Program-made: the position numbers and the translations under genes
The notes under the pieces: generated by a model
Database searches by the model: none
Seen by the model: only the letters and a program-made list of their open reading frames with translations
What the model was told of the DNA's origin: nothing
Shown here: one piece after another, positions 22,753 through 35,539 of the stretch
How the letters are laid out: every line of letters begins with the position of its first letter
Position numbering within the stretch: the stretch's first letter is position 1
Source: Piedraia hortae CBS 480.64
Lineage: Eukaryota
Direction of reading: 5' to 3'
Assembly (NCBI GenBank): GCA_010093745.1
Contig: MU005969.1
Span: 124,001-188,000 of the forward strand
DNA: 64,000 bases

Positions 22753-24957
22753 ATGAGCGCGATCCGTCAAACTTCACCGTTGCGCGTGTATAGAGACGGC
22801 GACGCGTCGTATACGCGCAACGACTACGGCGTGTCACCCGCGCAACAGCAACGCAGTGACGTAGAGGTTGCCCTCTTCAACGCGCTGAGGCCGCTCGGTG
22901 ACGCTTCGGCCAGACAGAACATTCAATTCCACCCGCTCTCGACACCTCCCCGTGCATTTTCCCCGGTCAAGTCCTGCAGTACGCCGCGGCAGCCGATGGC
23001 TACGCACGGCCTTGAGGACCTCGACATTCCCCCGCCTGCACCCGTTGGGCCTCCTACGGACTCGCTCCAGAAGCGCACACCAGCATCGGGCAGCTTCCCG
23101 TATTTGCAGACCACCGAGCAGCCTGCCACCGACAAAGAGAACGAGTTCGCGATGTACGCGCCCCAACCGATGGGAGGCGCGGGAAGGAGCACGATGAAGC
23201 GGAGTCGGACTGAGACGCCTCCGTCCGGCGAACGCAGCAATGCGAAAAAGATGCGCACCGACCTTGAGTCTGTTGGCTTGCCGGAACCTGAGGAAATGCC
23301 GCCCGTGTATGACGAGGCCGATGGCTCCAAGCCAAACTACAGCTACGCGCAGCTGATTGCCATGGCCGTGTTGCGTGCGCCCACCCGCCGTCTGACGCTA
23401 GCGCAGATCTACCAGTGGATCACCAGTCACTTTGCATATTATCGCACAACGGACACGGGATGGCAGAACAGCATTCGCCACAACCTGAGCCTCAATAAGA
23501 GCTTCGTGAAGGTAGATCGCCCAAAAGACGACCCTGGCAAAGGCCATTACTGGACCATTGTGCCTGGCGAAGAGCGCCTGTTCCTTGTCGAGAAGAAGAA
23601 TGCAGTGCGCCGCACCGTCCATCCCGAGGTTCCGGCCCAGATGCAAATGATGGCGCAGGAACTCGACTTCCGTCCCTCGACCGCGCCGGCCATGAGCCAC
23701 TTCCCGCTTGTGCCTCGGATGAACACGAAACTCATCGACTCTGCCCGCTTTCCCGACGAGGCGGAGCTTTCGTCCAACGGAACGATTCCTGCCTCTGATC
23801 CAGCTCTCCAGGAGGACGAGGCCACGGCTCCGCATCATACCAGCTTTCGTTCTTCGCCGCCTCCGGTGCATCTCGCTTCATCTCCTCCGCGGGCTCCCGT
23901 GCATGTGCAGCGCAAGGCGACGCCTCCTCCGAAGCCGCACTTTCAGCCTCCCAGTCGCTCCGGAGACCATCAGAAGTTTGGAGTTCCCGGCGACAGTGGT
24001 TACTGGTCGTCTATCGAATCGTCAGTAGCGCGCGCGAATGCCCACCAGCTGCTATCTGAGGCGGACAATGGCAAGGCCGGTCGCGCCGAGGTCGAAATCG
24101 CACGCCTTCGTAGCTCGTCGTTCGACCTTAGCCCGACGAAGGGCGCGCGTTTTATAACGTCTCCCACTGACGACACGCCGACCACTCCGGCTGTATATCG
24201 TCAACCTTTACGCCCTCCCCCAACCGTGTCCCCGAACACGAACCTGAAGAATCATCGCATGCGCATGAAGGCCATGCTAGGTTCGCCGCTCAAGGGCCAA
24301 AGCCCCCAGGCCGAACACGTCTTCAGTCCTGCCTTGCGCGATGACAATTTTGCTCTAACTCCGTACAAGTCGCCGTGCAAATCCGGCAATCTTGGCCCCG
24401 AGGGCTACCTTGACTTGGCTGAGGGCCCAGCTTCAGCCAACACTTCTCCAGTCAAGCAGCCCATCAAGCGTCCGTCTCTCACGCGTGCTGCCACCAGCGC
24501 CAACCTCCTCGCCACCGTGACCGGCAATTTGCTGAAGCAACACAACATCAACCTCAACCCTCCTGTCGATCCTGCCATTCAGGATGAGGGTTCCATCACG
24601 CCCAATCACGGCCAGGATGCGCAATTCTTCGGGTCTGTGCTACGTCATCGTCCCGCTCAGGAACAAGCGAATACTTGGCAGGCGCAGAACCATACGGAGT
24701 ACAGCGACGTTTCCGAGTCCCGTGAACTTGTAAATCAGACGAATAGCGGCGTAATTCTCAGCGACGACGATCCTGTTGTGGACGTTACACAGAACTTCCC
24801 CGCCATCGGAGGTGCGTCGGCGCAGTACACCCACCACCAGGCCGGAGCCGCCATGAAGGGTTCCGGAGGCTACTCCAATCAACCAATGGGCCCTCCTCCC
24901 CAGCCGCAGCCTCGTCCCTCTGGTGCGCCTCTCCAGCGCAGCAGGAGCGGATGGTAA
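22753..24957 (+). CDS. Forkhead transcription factor, Hcm1/Sep1-like
   Basis: '[13 protein letters not shown]...[10 protein letters not shown]...[28 protein letters not shown]'; no FHA domain; many SP/TP sites and a KEN box (DKENE). Confidence 0.92.
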   Translation: MSAIRQTSPLRVYRDGDASYTRNDYGVSPAQQQRSDVEVALFNALRPLGDASARQNIQFHPLSTPPRAFSPVKSCSTPRQPMATHGLEDLDIPPPAPVGPPTDSLQKRTPASGSFPYLQTTEQPATDKENEFAMYAPQPMGGAGRSTMKRSRTETPPSGERSNAKKMRTDLESVGLPEPEEMPPVYDEADGSKPNYSYAQLIAMAVLRAPTRRLTLAQIYQWITSHFAYYRTTDTGWQNSIRHNLSLNKSFVKVDRPKDDPGKGHYWTIVPGEERLFLVEKKNAVRRTVHPEVPAQMQMMAQELDFRPSTAPAMSHFPLVPRMNTKLIDSARFPDEAELSSNGTIPASDPALQEDEATAPHHTSFRSSPPPVHLASSPPRAPVHVQRKATPPPKPHFQPPSRSGDHQKFGVPGDSGYWSSIESSVARANAHQLLSEADNGKAGRAEVEIARLRSSSFDLSPTKGARFITSPTDDTPTTPAVYRQPLRPPPTVSPNTNLKNHRMRMKAMLGSPLKGQSPQAEHVFSPALRDDNFALTPYKSPCKSGNLGPEGYLDLAEGPASANTSPVKQPIKRPSLTRAATSANLLATVTGNLLKQHNINLNPPVDPAIQDEGSITPNHGQDAQFFGSVLRHRPAQEQANTWQAQNHTEYSDVSESRELVNQTNSGVILSDDDPVVDVTQNFPAIGGASAQYTHHQAGAAMKGSGGYSNQPMGPPPQPQPRPSGAPLQRSRSGW

Positions 24958-25599
24958 ATCCTCCTCTGCAACCTCTTTAACGACTGTTTACGACTCTTTA
25001 CCCGGGAAAGAAAAACCAGCTAGGCTTGCTTTGCATCAGGATTGCGGTTTTTTGGTTTTATTTTTGCCTTGTACCAATTGCAAGACCCTTTTGACGAAGA
25101 TTACGGGGCTATGACGAGCGGGAGTTCTGTAATGATGGTCGGGAATGGGGCGCAAGGAGTTTGTAATGACTATTTAGGTTCTCTTGAGGGAGTTTCCTAT
25201 GATTGTATGTGCCTTTCTTTTTACCCGACTTTGGGGAGCGTGTGTGAACGTTGAACTGCGCGCGGGAGCGTGTTAAGTGCATTTGAGTCAATATTTGGTA
25301 CATTCTACTCGTGGGCGTGATAAGTTGAGAATGCTCTTATGTCATTTTTATCTCGCTGACCTTGCTCAGATGAGATTGTGCGATGCCAAGAAAACGGCGC
25401 GGGCCATCTTGTATTCTTTCAGTACTTCCCACAGACGGCTCAAAATCCTCAAACTGTAAACCCTTGAGAATGTCATTCTGCAGAAGCATGGAAGAGGATT
25501 TTGCTCACATGCCATTTTACCTGGCCCTCTCTAATCCGGAACCCAGCTGTTTCTAAAAGTCTGATGCTACCAGAGAAGACAAGCGGATGTTCTATTAGC

Positions 25600-27240
25600 G
25601 ATGAATGCGCACCTAGAATACGAGATCGCACCTGACGTTTACACTTGGTCCAGCTTTGCGGAGCTCGAAGGAAATACGCACGGTCAATTTGAACGATTGC
25701 AATTTTACATTCTGTGGTATAGCGGGATCTTGCAAAATCTGTCAATGCAACTTTGGGGGCAGCTTGGAGTCTCCGGCAATAGCAGGAGAGAACATTTAGT
25801 CTGCCGTAAACTGGGCGGCAGGAACTGTCAATGCGGGTACGCATGTTGCTTCTGCATGGAATTTGATGGGCTTATAAGTATCGGTCTCTGCCTGGCGAGA
25901 GTGCTGTGCGATCGAAAATACCGCCCAATATCTGCCAGAGAGCTCGAACGCTCACCAAGAGCCTGTTCACGCAAATCTTTGGATCTCGATCTCGATCATA
26001 TGTATTGTGGACCTAATCCTACTGGAGAGCAATAAATTTGCAATGTACCGATCAAGCAACTTCATTTCCGGTAAGGCACCTCTGCTCATGCGGACCAGAT
26101 GCTTGTGCCTTGGCAGAATATTTGCTGTGCTGTCGTTTGCACACGCAGAAATGTTGGCCTGCACCGGCCCGATTCGCTTGGTACATCACTTGACAGGGTT
26201 CAAAGCGGGACTCTAAAGATGGTTTGCTTGCTTGTACACCGCGCAAGTATTAAGAACGACGATGGCTTTCCGCTCAGCCTTGGCGGCACCGCAATGGCCA
26301 AATGGGTGCCCCAGTTAAACGCACCACAGCTACCTGGAAAAGCAGCTCCATATCAGGAAATCCGCCCTTCCTCTCGCAATGGGTTGAAGTACATCAAGAG
26401 TTGCTCGATAGCCTTAGTTTCTCTATCGCGCACGAGAGGCTAAAGGCCCCGAGCTGCCTACTGAGTTCGCACACTCGAGACATCGGCAGTGACAAATCCA
26501 CTATTGTGGTTCCAACTTGTGGTGAGTTGATGAAGTTCGTCAATAATCACGTTTCTTGCAGCAGGCGGCGTAGACATTATGGAGGACCAAGATTTGCAGA
26601 ATAAAGTCAGCAAGGCTGCAGTCAGGCGTTATTCTACATTGCCGGCGGCAATCATCTCCGGGCTGTCTTGTCCGATGAACTCTACCTGCTGTCGCAACGA
26701 CATCACTGTTCCCGGAGCGACGAGCCATGCGGCATCTGCGGCGTCGTGAACGAGGACCCTATCGCCCCCAGAGGTGACCACATGACACAAGCAACCCACC
26801 CCCGGCCTCAAACTCTCAACCACCGGCGCTTCGAATGGATCAGGGAAATGGAGTGCCTGGATGCAAATCTTTCGGCCGTCGGCAAGCGTTGTGCTCACTG
26901 TTTCATCGACGGTATCCCACCACGTCAGTCTCCGGAACGATGTGTAGACTTTCCAGAGACCAGAGCCGTTCGGGAGGCCATGCATTTCTAAGAAAAGACA
27001 TTGCCATCATTGCCTCATGCCCGACGAATATTACCGCGGGCCAAACTGCATATACAAGAATATGGTGTTGCAGGTCTGTCTCGGCTGCTGGGTGCATGAG
27101 CCCTGTCTCCTGGTGGAAGATGCACTTTTGCGAGCAAGATCCCCGAGCTTGCTCAAGTCTTGCCCTTCATCACTCCATCTTCCACTTCATTTGAGCGAAA
27201 CTGGTCGACATTCGGCCACGTTCACTGCCTCTCGGCGGAG
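25600..27240 (+). pseudogene. Probable decayed telomere-linked helicase (TLH/RecQ-type) gene
   Basis: Fragments in shifting frames: 'VSAWRECCAI', 'KSTIVVPT' (helicase motif Ia-like), 'HLRAVLSDEL...HC....EPCGIC' (RecQ Zn-binding-like), and Cys-rich C-terminal blocks 'RCAHC', 'HCHHCLMP...CIYKNMV'. Many stops; the helicase core is mostly missing. Confidence 0.45.
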
Positions 27241-27250
27241 GCTATAATTC

Positions 27251-27481
27251 ATACAGCAAAACATCGATGCTCTCGAAGCCAACACGAAAAATGTAAAGAT
27301 CGCAGCTGCAAATGTACGAAAGAAGTATGTCAGTTTAATTGAGAGACTCCGCAGCACCAGAAAACTCCCTGAGGCGAAACTGTCCATAGAGGACCTCGAG
27401 GGTGCTGTGAGTGGATTGGTAGATGCTACCGACAGACATGCCAATGCCATTAGGGCCCATTCTATGTCACTGGTCCTATGA
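27251..27481 (+). pseudogene. 5'-truncated coiled-coil ORF at the left edge of the foreign-looking island
   Basis: Open frame IQQNIDALEANTKNVKIAAANVRKKYVSLIERLRST...HSMSLVL*, with no ATG at its 5' end; stop lies 9 nt before the next ATG. Confidence 0.5.
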
Positions 27482-27490
27482 GCAAAGAGT

Positions 27491-28138
27491 ATGTCCGCTC
27501 CGAATCAGAGTGGCAAACAAGGCAACGTACCATCTTCCAGTTCCAGCATTGTGAGCTCCAATACTATTCCTGTGGCTCCATCTCCTGGTCCTACAAGGCG
27601 TGTTGTACGCAGGGTCATGCATGCACCTAGCACTACTGGAACTGTACCGGCTACCCCCATCGATGAAGAGAAACCAGATTCTTCATCGGTGGCCCCGGAG
27701 GATACAACGAGTCCGACGGCACCAGAAGCCCCTGTGGATACTCCTCCTGTATCATCGGTAAGGCGCATTGTATGCAGATCTGCTTCATATGTCCCAAGTA
27801 TTTCCGAGACTGAGTATACGGAAGCGTCGCCAGCACAAAAGTCCAGGCTGCCATCTATCGCGAGGGAAAGCATTAATCCTTTAGAGGCAGTCCATGCCAA
27901 ATTTATCGCCCAGTGGTTTGCAGAAAATATGGGTGGAGATGCTACCTATTCGGAAATGATACAAACTACTGTGGAGGAAAATGTAGTCGGGACAGACTTC
28001 TCCCAGAGTGTTCTCTCCTATATTAGGTCTCGTCTAAGAGAATCTACTGGGTATGATGCATACGATGAGTTTCAACAGCCAGAATCGGGGACTACTGCAT
28101 GGTGCAAAAAGTCTTTTAATGAGATAGTTGGGTTGTAG
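27491..28138 (+). CDS. Hypothetical protein (S/P/T-rich N-terminus, helical C-terminal domain)
   Basis: Intronless 215-aa ATG-started ORF; no family recognised. Confidence 0.55.
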   Translation: MSAPNQSGKQGNVPSSSSSIVSSNTIPVAPSPGPTRRVVRRVMHAPSTTGTVPATPIDEEKPDSSSVAPEDTTSPTAPEAPVDTPPVSSVRRIVCRSASYVPSISETEYTEASPAQKSRLPSIARESINPLEAVHAKFIAQWFAENMGGDATYSEMIQTTVEENVVGTDFSQSVLSYIRSRLRESTGYDAYDEFQQPESGTTAWCKKSFNEIVGL

Positions 28139-28157
28139 TCATGCGCATGTTTCAAAA

Positions 28158-29230
28158 CTATTTGGCAGATGGTGATTGCGCTTGTGCATATGCCTGTGCC
28201 ATTGTCTGACCTTTTATGGCAGCTTGGATAAAGATAGTTTTCTTTGATGGCGGCAGTGTACTGAGTAGATGGGACATGGGATTGGTAGCACGAGGCTCCG
28301 GTACAGAGGGATCCCAATTTAGTTCGTTTTCAGAACCAGGTACAATAATCAGAGACTTGATGGATTTCAGCATATCTATTTACTGTGGAGAAAGCAATCC
28401 ATCTAGGTACTTCATTCTCTCAATCAATCTCACCACTGCTTCCATGATTGGGCGTGTCAGTGGTCTCGAAAGTTCGCCCACCCTTGACTCTGGAAGCACG
28501 GTAGGTGTATCTGGATCTGTTGGTGCTATGAGAGGCATGAGGGAGTCGTGGAATTCTACCACATTCTTTACGAGGCGGTGACTAATGTCGATCGTATGAT
28601 CGAAATTGTTGTTCGCTGTTAGATTAGTTGTTTTTTGCACATAGTTCCGCCTGCCGGCTTCGGCGGGCAGTCGCGTCGTCTTTCTTTCATCGCTGTTTCC
28701 TGTCAACACCAGTGGTATTCTTGAACTGCACACTCGGGATGCTGTACCTGACCTTTGAGCTGTCTTCTACACAATATTCGAGATTGGTGAAGTTGGCGTC
28801 GACGCTATCGTGGTAGAAGATACTTCTATTCTCCATTCGCAATCGGACAATCTCAATGAGATGTGATATGATACATGTGCATATTTTATACTTGTTGATC
28901 GTCTTAAATCCCTGATGATACCAAGTACCTTCTCCTGATGAAGTCTGTCTGCGTGATTGAAGGGATTCAATACTTGGACGTGCATCTATGCTTGCATTTT
29001 GGTTCTGGGAGATGATTACATTCTGTAGCTCCATCAGTTCACACATCCTCTCCATCATATCTGTCTGTCCTGCAACAACACCTTCTATGCGCTGTATTCT
29101 GGCGTCCATCTTTGCTACTGTGTCTGCCATTCTCTTGGATTTAGTGTGGATTGAGGAAAGCAGCATATTATTAGACGGTCCTCCCATTTCCTTCATCACA
29201 TCACCTATGTTGTTGTAGGAGCCGTTGATC
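28158..29230 (-). pseudogene. Disrupted unknown gene with N-terminal coiled coil
   Basis: Collinear ORFs 28687-29199, 28380-28733 and 28158-28373, separated by one frameshift and one in-frame TAA (28380-28382). Confidence 0.55.
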
Positions 29231-30473
29231 GCATGTCGTGTCTTTATGAATTTTTAAACGAGAAATCCATTTGATCGTGGGTTTTAATGTATTTAGTTGT
29301 ATATCTTGGCTTTTTGTCAGCAGTAAGAATGTGGTCACTAGTCCTCCGCAGTGGGGGCAACTCCCTCTATGTCCTAGCATGCCTTTGTATAAAGTCTGAT
29401 AACGTAGACGAAGCAATGACAGAGATCCAAATTCCAACTGTGCCTGCTCACAAAACATCCAAGCACACTCTCGGTATAGTGATTTGGTCGATAAAGAAAG
29501 TAAGGCGTCATAGTCCGAAGGACTCGAATTGCCCCTGGTAGCAGTGAGGATATTTCCCGAGGCTCTGAACCCCTTTCCAGTTGTACAGTGTTGTATGGAA
29601 AGAACTGCCTACATTGACCCCTTGCCTTTCGTTGCCTCGGAGCTTGAACCAGGAGAAGCACGACCCGGGCATGCCTTATAGGTATGTTTGGTATCGAATC
29701 CTGATATTATGGCCCAAACTCATTTTTATCCCGATGAGGCCGGAGATGTTGGACCTTAACCACACATAACACAGTCCTGAAAAAAGCGTCACAACTTCCT
29801 ATAAGCGTCATGACTCCATGAAAATTCTTATGCGATTTCCTCAATCATGTGACTTCCGGAGATAACACAGTTCTGCAAGAAGCGGTACACCCGTTTAGGA
29901 AGCGTCGTGACAGCATGAGAATTTTTATGTAAGTTCTGCACTCAATTACGTCATTTGGCATCATATCATGGCGTTGTAGGAAATAAAGTTTAAGAATATA
30001 AGCGGTAGTACGCTTTATGACCCATCTGTGCAGGTATAGCTCCCAACCAGTTTTCATCCCGAGTAGCAACCGTCACTTTTGGAGACACGAGGTCTTTTTG
30101 TCAGCTTTGAATGCTCTGATTGCTACGAACTGACGCTGGAATTAATGGAGCCAAACTATGGTAGCACATGATAAGGGCGTGTGGTTCTTGTTGTCCTGGT
30201 AGGACAGCCCTTTCACGACTGCTGTGAATGACTTCAACCTCGAGCCAAGCTACGTCTGTGATGGTATTTGACGTGTTAAATCGCTATCAATACCACGCCT
30301 TTGCAGCAGATCTCAAGCAATCCAACAAGCGCAAACGCACACGAAAAACTTTAAATTATTATAGCAAGCAAATAGCAAATCCGTAAAGGGACATCCGAAC
30401 CTCTGACAAAGAAAAAAACAATTAATACTTTTGTACCCCAGTCATGCCCGGAGTCAGCGATAACATCCATCAT

Positions 30474-30580
30474 CTACACCCACCCGTCCTAGTGCGTGTG
30501 CACTAAACCCCCCATCTCCACCGCCAGTTCATGCCCACGGCGAAAGGCGAAGGACATGTCCATCTTGGTAACCTCCCTCA
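30474..30580 (-). pseudogene. Paralogous 3' fragment of the adjacent cyclin
   Basis: EVTKMDMSFAFRRGHELAVEMG aligns with ELTKIEMAFCFLLGFELGVGMG of the cyclin; both end in TGGGTGTAG (read on the minus strand). Confidence 0.75.
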
Positions 30581-30600
30581 ATCAGCCTACAATCATCGAA

Positions 30601-30610
30601 NNNNNNNNNN
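30601..30610. other. Assembly gap (10 N)
   Basis: Run of n characters. Confidence 1.
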
Positions 30611-30614
30611 CTCT

Positions 30615-31199
30615 CTACACCCACTCCTCCCAGCCCGGAGTACATTCCAACTCCCCCATCCCCACCCCCAACTCAAACCCAAGCAGGAAGCAAAACGCCA
30701 TCTCAATCTTCGTCAACTCACTCGTCTCCATGTCCACAGCCATCGCAACCGTCTTATGTGCATGAATCGAATCGATCAAATACTTCTCCGCGACGCGCAC
30801 AGAAGCGACCGCAAGGGCATAAACCGTCTCCTTCGTAATCGGAATCTTCTTCCCTAGCACGCAGAGGCGGTAACAGTATCTCTTCGCGATGAGGTAGACC
30901 GCCGCTGGGAAATGCGCGTGGCAGTGCAGGTTTACGAGGATGTTGCGGATGCTGTAACGGTTTGCGTATGTGGTGGTCATGGATTGCCATGCGGATTGGA
31001 CGAAGGGGTTTTTGGAGGTGTATTTGAAGGGTTTGCGGGAGTTGTGGTCCGCGGTGTTTTGAAGGGTGCAGGCGAAATCAAGCATGGCGGTCGTAGGGTC
31101 GAATGTTAAGGGGCTGTTGGGTGGGGATGGGCTTGGCGTGAGTGGGAAGATGTCGAAATGGTATGATGGCGCTGGGCGCGCGTATGCGACTGGTGCCAT
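30615..31199 (-). CDS. Divergent Pho80/Pcl-family cyclin (possible extended start at 31493)
   Basis: Cyclin-box pattern 'PAAVYLIAKRYCYRL......IT..TVYAL..ASVRVAEKYL.D.......A........EL..IE..FCFLLGFEL.V'. Confidence 0.75.
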   Translation of the reverse strand: MAPVAYARPAPSYHFDIFPLTPSPSPPNSPLTFDPTTAMLDFACTLQNTADHNSRKPFKYTSKNPFVQSAWQSMTTTYANRYSIRNILVNLHCHAHFPAAVYLIAKRYCYRLCVLGKKIPITKETVYALAVASVRVAEKYLIDSIHAHKTVAMAVDMETSELTKIEMAFCFLLGFELGVGMGELECTPGWEEWV

Positions 31200-31339
31200 G
31201 GTGAAGGTGCTGTTGAGGTATGTCCTGATGAGGTATGGGAGATGTGTAGTGGGTTGGATGGGGTTATGGCTTGGTTGCTGGAGAGTCATCGTGGTTGCCC
31301 CTGCCACTTTTGGTGGGATTGTTGGCCTGGGTGGATGCT

Positions 31340-31472
31340 GTGGTTGAGTTAAGTGTGCTGCTTGCATGGTCCGAGGTTGGGTGAAGTGTACTAGTCGCAC
31401 GGTCTGTGGTTGGGTAAAATATGCTACTTTCATGGTCTGCGGTTGGGTCAAGTGTGTTACTTGCGTGGTATG
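31340..31472 (-). repeat. Degenerate 33-bp tandem repeat, about 4 copies
   Basis: In frame: TQVTHLTQPQT / MKVAYFTQPQT / VRLVHFTQPRT / MQAAHLTQPQH. Confidence 0.8.
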
Positions 31473-34374
31473 CTGTACACTTGAACCAGCCATTTCCTAA
31501 CCCATCGCCTTGGTTCGGGCGTGGATTGGCTGATCGGAGATATAGAGAGAGAGAGAACAATTCTAGAATTTTGTGCTGGTGAAAATACTTACATACATCC
31601 GTGGCGATCCACAATCGACTCATCGGGAGATGAGTAGAGTCTGTCCCGTAGAGGCTTCAGGAGTCACTCATGGGAAGGGCGCCGGTCCTGAATCATTAGT
31701 TTGACAGCCTCTTCGACGTCTTTCGCGTGGGGCTCAACTGCCATATTCCAGGGACACAGGAAAATTTGAGAGGATTGCACTATGGGAGTAAATCGACGAA
31801 ATTCCTGTGGCGCGGGGCATCACGTGCCATTGGCAGATGCAGCAAAATGCAGATTCGCGTGTGCTGATTGATCTGCACGTCCTTCAGCAACGGATAACCA
31901 CTATCCAATGGCAGCCGGCACTAAAGTGCCATTTTTGCGTGTGGCGTCGCTGAGCGGGAAATGCTTTTCATCAAGATGGCTGATGATTAGCGCTTACTGA
32001 AAGTGGGATTATCCATCACTAATGTCATTGATCAACCTTAAATCAATGAGCCACCTTAACATACAAACGGACAAGGTGTCTCCACAGCATTGAAGATTTC
32101 CGATAAAAGCTTTCCAGGCGGCTTTAACACGCAGTTCTGTTACGGGATGACATTCATATGATCGGTGTCATTGCTGCTAACCACGCACTGTGTGGCACAG
32201 ATCGCTCTAACCGATTTTTCTTTATGTGCGGCGGTTGTCCCCAATTTCCCGCACTGACCAAGACCAAGGTGCCTTATTAATCAAGCTTCATTCTTGTTGC
32301 GGGAAAATTCTCAACCACCCCCCCTACTGGGTGGTAAGCCGCAGGAAGACCTTGTTGGGAAGGCTTGACTCCCAACTGCAAAATCTGAATTTCGAAAAAT
32401 ATCCAAGCGGAAGACGCCCAGGGTGCGGGGTGGAAATTCTCGCCAACCCACTTGATGGGTGGCAAGTCCCTGACTCCCTTTTGTGGAGATCAAATGCTTG
32501 CCACAACACGTAATTCTCGACTGAGTTGAGGAGAAGACATCCTTAATGCGGGATAATTCGAGACTAGTCCATGATGAAACTTACAATTTAGCTGAGCACT
32601 CTGAGCTGCCCACTTGGCTTGAAAAACTTCCTGAGGAATCCAGGAGCCATTACATATCCCTGGGTGAAAGCCACCGATCGAAGTTTGAAACGGATCGAGA
32701 TTCAAAAGAAGACAAATCGTGGCTAAGGCAAACCACGTGGATTATTGAATTAGAAGAAACCTCAGAAGGTGGCAAAGCTGAGGGCAAGATCCAGGTTGGT
32801 TTTGCGTTGGAAGCATCTGCAAGACTTAATCAGAAAAAGTAGATGGCTCTGGACTAAGCCACAAGGACGTTAATCTACATCCTGAAAGAGGGACAACGGA
32901 AAGCCCTTTTCGAGTGCAGCACAAGGGAAGATTGCCAAACTTTGCAAATTGTGACTATTAATTCTTTGTAAAACCAAAGAAATATGCAGATCCAACACGG
33001 GCCTTCACATCTCAACCTTCTAGAGGTAATCTGAAAAGCGGGCAAGCTTATGTTACCATTGGCTAGCGTTGCAGGGTTATCAGCGAGTACTAAACAGAAA
33101 GCCATCCCGCTGAGTCGTTTGCACACAACATACGCTGGGCATTGTAGAAATTCTGGCAGAAGCACTAATGCTCAAAGATCCCATAAGACACGTCGAAAAG
33201 TTTCAAAGATCAGACACTGGCATCCCCGAGCGCTGACTATTCTCCATGATCTAAGCACTATTCACATATGATGTTGCCAATTATCACAGCAACAGAGTGT
33301 GTGCAAAGGCAGGCCCAATGAGAGCTCATATGGCATGGTGATACGAACGCTTGTCAACTCCCTGAGGTCAATAATCTTCCCAAGCTGGCGTAGGAGGCTG
33401 AGCATATGAACACTGCACCATCAAAAGGCTCAACACGATCCCAAACCTGCCGAACCCGCCAAAGGCAAATACGTGTAACCACCTGGGATTCAATGCTTGT
33501 ATATCAATTTGGCCAAATTGCTGGACATTTGATCAGTCTAAACTTTATAAGTTCCCCACACGCAGACCTCAAACCCGCCACAGAGAGCCTCTCAGTCTCC
33601 TGCGGAGTTAGAGCTACTACATCAAGTCACTTGGCCCAGCACCGTGTTCTAATTATGAATGTCAAGGGAGTGTTGTACAGTTCAAGTCTGTGTACGGATG
33701 TCGTTTCAACCCGTTCCGAACCCGGAACCAGACAATCCAATCTTGAAGCTAGTAACCTCAAGCATAGACATATGCCGAGCCTGAAGAGCGGTGTCTACAT
33801 GTAGCCAGCACAGCGGAGAAACTCCCTGGATAGTAAAATCGATCTTGTGGAGACTGTTCTAATAAGTAGCGGCACCTCACAGGTGTGTCAGTATACACGC
33901 GTCTCTAGAGCTATACAAGAAAATTTCTGAGTACTCGAACCCTGGTCAGGGATATGGGTCATCACCTACGGATCGCTCCGTGGCGACCTGCACAACAGAG
34001 ACGACATTTGAAATTCAGAGCCAAAGGTGAAGTCGGTTATTCAAGTTGATTGCTCGCCGCGGTTTCATGGTGGGTTTGTGCGCATCGTTACGTATCTGAA
34101 CCTTTTGGTTGGTTTCTGGTTCGTCGAAGCCGACGTCATAGAACGTATATTTTGCGGATAGACAGGCCACAATTACTTTTCGAGGATTGGGGGAGATGGG
34201 CTAAGTGGCAGTGTTCTGGGGACCGGTCTCCTAGCAAAGCCCTCAGACCATCGAATAGCTGTCCCGTGCAGATTGGCGATACAGGATAACCAAACCAAGG
34301 CTTCTACGATCTCAAAAAGATAAGCCACGTCTTCCACAAGACTCCTGCAAATGTATACAGCATATCTGCATGAG

Positions 34375-35539
34375 CTAGCTCTCCTGCTCCTCCTCATCAG
34401 AGTCATCACTCTCCCTACCCTCACTGGAGACGAAGTGGAGATACTTCCAATCCTCAATTTCCTCTATAACGCTCCTGAGTCTATCCCTCACAGATTCCAC
34501 CGCGAGGCTTCCCAAGAGGAGTCTGAGCGGGGGATACTTGCAATGACCAAGCTGCCAGACAAGCTCGCCGCAGCGGGTGACAGAGGTAGGCTGGCGATCA
34601 CCGAGCCACTGCATGACCCTCTGGGCATGGGCAGCGGGGGAAGTAGGGTTGTTATAAGGGGCGGAGGGGGATTTGATGAGAAATTGGCCGTAGCGGCTCT
34701 GCTGCGAGGGGGAGTTATTTACGGGCTCTTCAAGCCGCAGGTGGCCGGGCTCCACGAGAGTGGCCTTGATATCGAATGCATCCACTTCGTACAGCATGCT
34801 CTCGATCATGCCTTCGATTGCGGACTTGATTGCGTAATAGGGACCCAGGCCGGGCACGCCGAGGGCTCCTGCTGTGGAGGAGAGGATGAGGTAGCGGCCT
34901 GCATTGCCAATGGGTCGCTTTTGCCGGTCCAAAGGGCGGAGGGAGGATCGCTGGCGGAAATAGGGGAGGGAGAGTTGGATAATGTTCAGCGTTCCGAGGA
35001 AGTTATTTTCGAGTTGTGAGCGGAGATCGCTGGAGTTTTGATCCTCGCAGGCTCCGATGATGCCGTAGCTGGTTGCACTGCCTGTCTTAGGCGAAAGGAG
35101 TGTGTGCTGCTGGGGTGTTGCTTACTTGACGATGATATCGATGCGGCCCCAGTGCTTGATGCTGGTGTCTAGGACGATCTGGATGGACTCCCGTAGACGC
35201 ACATCACAGAACAGGCCGAGACAGTTCTTGTGCCAGTTTTGCACCTCGGGGAGGGCGTTGCCCTGGGTGCAGCCGACGGCAGTTACGCTCTTCTGGTTCA
35301 GTCATCTATCTAGAGGGGCACAGACTACGTACATCGCCATGGTCCAAAGCGGCCTGAGTGATTTTCCGGCCAATCTGGCCCGTAGCCATGAACACAACCC
35401 ATACTTTTGGTGTGGGCAGGTTCTGGGCTGTTAGCAGCAGGGCAGAACAGGTGCAGACATCACCTACCGTGTCGGACGGCGGGCCCGTCGACGCAGGCAG
35501 CCTCAATTTCGCATGAGCACGCGTTGGCGGCAAGTCCAT
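34375..35539 (-). CDS. Short-chain dehydrogenase/reductase (multi-exon)
   Basis: 'VWVVFMATGQIGRKI', 'CDVR...SI......HWGRIDIIVN|ATSYGIIGACED', 'SSTAG..G.PGLGPYYAIKSAIEG' (YxxxK), 'LVEPG'; short GT-AG introns. Confidence 0.9.

Noticed and set aside
32455..32515. 'WVASP*LPFVEIKC', resembling a YqaJ/PD-(D/E)XK nuclease motif
   Set aside because: Motif spacing too short, flanked by stops, and no other supporting motifs.
34351..35019. 222-aa + strand ORF
   Set aside because: Antisense to the well-supported SDR exon.
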